From the NCBI GenBank assembly GCA_910592345.1, contig CAJVPI010000004.1, forward strand, positions 1 to 64,000: a DNA stretch of 64,000 bases, written 5' to 3'. Both the position numbers and the translations under genes were made by a program. The notes under the pieces are model-generated. The model had not been told where the DNA came from, searched no databases, and was given only the letters and a program-made list of their open reading frames with translations. This stretch comes from Paraglomus brasilianum. Taxonomy: Eukaryota. Shown here piece after piece: positions 61,901 to 64,000 of this stretch (the stretch's first letter is position 1; every line of letters begins with the position of its first letter).

Positions 61901-64000
61901 TTAAATCCGAGTTGTCCTTCATGCTCTTCTGGCATGACAATTTCTCGTTTTCGAATAGCATCATAAATAGCTCGCTACAAGTATGTGTCAATACATGTCC
62001 TTTATATGGTAATAATGATGAAAAAACCGACTTACCAGGTATTCGTGGTCAAAATCTTGTCCATTGTTGACATTTCGAAGATTTCTCATATAATCATCGA
62101 TACTCATACGGCGCTGACAATGCAATTATATAACGTTGAATTTTTTTTAGAAGACCAACCAATTTGTTATTACCCCTCACTTACTCGAACTTGTGGATTA
62201 TGTAAATCGGTATTTAACATTATGACAGAATATGATAACACAAACGTAGCATCTTGAGTAGCTATTTCCGCTGCAATATACATACAATATGCAAATAATC
62301 AGTAAACTTCAAGATAACCGCATATTGATAAACAATAAACCATCGAACGTACGTGGGCCAGAAGCAAAATAAGTTGTTGCAAAAGTCTCCATTATTCTCT
62401 CAATCTGCTGAGCTTCTCCCGGCAGCCGAAAAGATTCTAACAATTCTCTCATAGCTTCATCGATTCTTTTCTAGACTCAGAACAAGCTTAGTTTATGAAG
62501 AGGAAAAAGGGCATGATGGTCGTCTAGACTTACCCCCTTGAAATCGAAAAGTCTCACAAAAGCCTTTAACACTTCGATGTTTGAAGGTTTAGAGAGAAAG
62601 TCACCCAATATTGTCTTGTTTAATCGTGGCGTAGATTTCAAGAAACCAGCGAGACTTGTTTCCCTATTGACAGACGGGTCGTCGTAAATGACACCATTCG
62701 CTATTGGGGTAAAGTCGATGTGTAAGAGTTAGACTATTGTAACAAAAGACAAATTGAAATTACTAACCTTCCAAGAACTCGAGACCTGCTTTGGTGGTTT
62801 CGTTAAATTTCGCCGCTCCCTCCAACAATATTTGTTTCCATTTTCTCCTTTCCAATAGCTCAACAGGCGAAGGATACACCTGGTAGCAGTTGCAAATTCA
62901 AGAAAACAAACCCCTAATTAGCACAAGCATGAGGCTCACACAAATCCAAATAAAAAATACTACAAGTACCGATGGCCGCAGTCCAAGACTGTAATCAGAT
63001 GCAGATAGTTCTTTCCAAGAGAATCCTGAGTTTGGTGTGGCTGTGTGATTTTTCTAAAGTAGAACATAACGTTTTCTAATATAGATAACCAAATATTATC
63101 ACACAAACATTCTGCGTGCATTAACATACCTCCGCTTGTAGTCGATCAACCATATGGTTCACATACATTAAGAGAGCATCTATACATAATAAATGTGAAT
63201 TGCTTGCAGAGTAGAGAGTTGGATTCGGGAATGAATTCTATCCAACATGAAAAAGATATGATGAGCAGTCAATTGAGTGATTGTCTATCAAAAATATCAG
63301 TTATAGAACGTACTCTGCTTAAAAACGCGACAACGTCTTCGAATAGATTACTACAATCAACATTGCAGTCATAGTTAACCCAAAGATCAACCATGAAAGT
63401 CGGCTCCCTGGCGAGCTGTCCCAACGATTCGAGGAGTAGCTCGCGCACTTCTCCAGTAGCAACTGTAGCATCACTACTTCCACGAATAGATTTATCGCGT
63501 AGCGTATTGAGCGGCGTTGAGGACCCTGACGCATGAGGAGAATCGTTACTATCGAGGATGAGAGGTATGTCTGTACTAAAGGCAGCACTAGGTAATGCGC
63601 TGGCGGGAGTTAATCTTTCGATTAAAAAGGATAGATAGAGTTCTTGTTGAAGCTTCAAATGTGGTCGAAGTGTATCAAATACAGTTGATATTGTGCGGAG
63701 GGTGAGAGTAAGTAAAGCAATGTTCTCTCTGCGAGCCAGCTAGTGAAATGTCGATGGGAAAGTAACGATTAATTTGACGTAAAGATGACTATATTATTAA
63801 ACAAGTTCTTCACCTGAAATAAGGATTTACACAGATCGTCGACGACGAGGTTTCTCAGACTTTCGAATCGACCCATTGTTCGACCACCAACTTCAAAAGC
63901 AACATTGAGAATACTCAAGGCCATAAGACGCATTGTATCTGTATGCTGATGGTCATGCGGATTCAATAGAGATATTAGAACTCGCAACAGCTCTCTTATC
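58991..64000 (-). CDS. GBF1: Sec7-domain Arf-GEF Gea1/Gea2/GBF1; 5' end lies beyond the window; multi-exon
   Basis: [42 protein letters not shown], Sec7 motifs [18 protein letters not shown] and [58 protein letters not shown]. Confidence 0.94.

Overview
Intron-rich, AT-rich eukaryotic nuclear DNA, most likely from an early-diverging fungus (Mucoromycota sensu lato, e.g. Glomeromycotina/Endogonales-like; inferred from gene and transposon style, not proven). Recognisable genes: an ArAE/FUSC (ALMT-like) transporter, a SAPS/SIT4-associated PP6 regulatory subunit, Cdc4 (F-box/WD40), a four-finger C2H2 transcription factor behind an ~11 kb gene-free stretch, meiotic Hop1 (HORMA-PHD) head-to-head with a small conserved fungal gene, methylcrotonyl-CoA carboxylase beta, an intronless F-box gene, Cgi121, a MATH-BTB gene and the 3' part of a Gea/GBF1 Arf-GEF. 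Two accessory blocks (~4.5-10.1 kb and ~37.5-48.5 kb) hold TA-flanked MITEs, Tc1/mariner transposase relics, a three-copy ~550 bp repeat, and decayed intronless ORFs present in diverged copies that may come from a Mollicutes-related endobacterium (several frames read through TGA). Most notable: these putative foreign gene relics, an unrecognised membrane protein with a (x-Cys-Asp)10 repeat, the hop1/small-gene divergent pair, frequent AAG 3' splice sites, and an inverted repeat overlapping the F-box stop codon. No CRISPR array, rRNA or tRNA was seen. Exon boundaries were read by eye.
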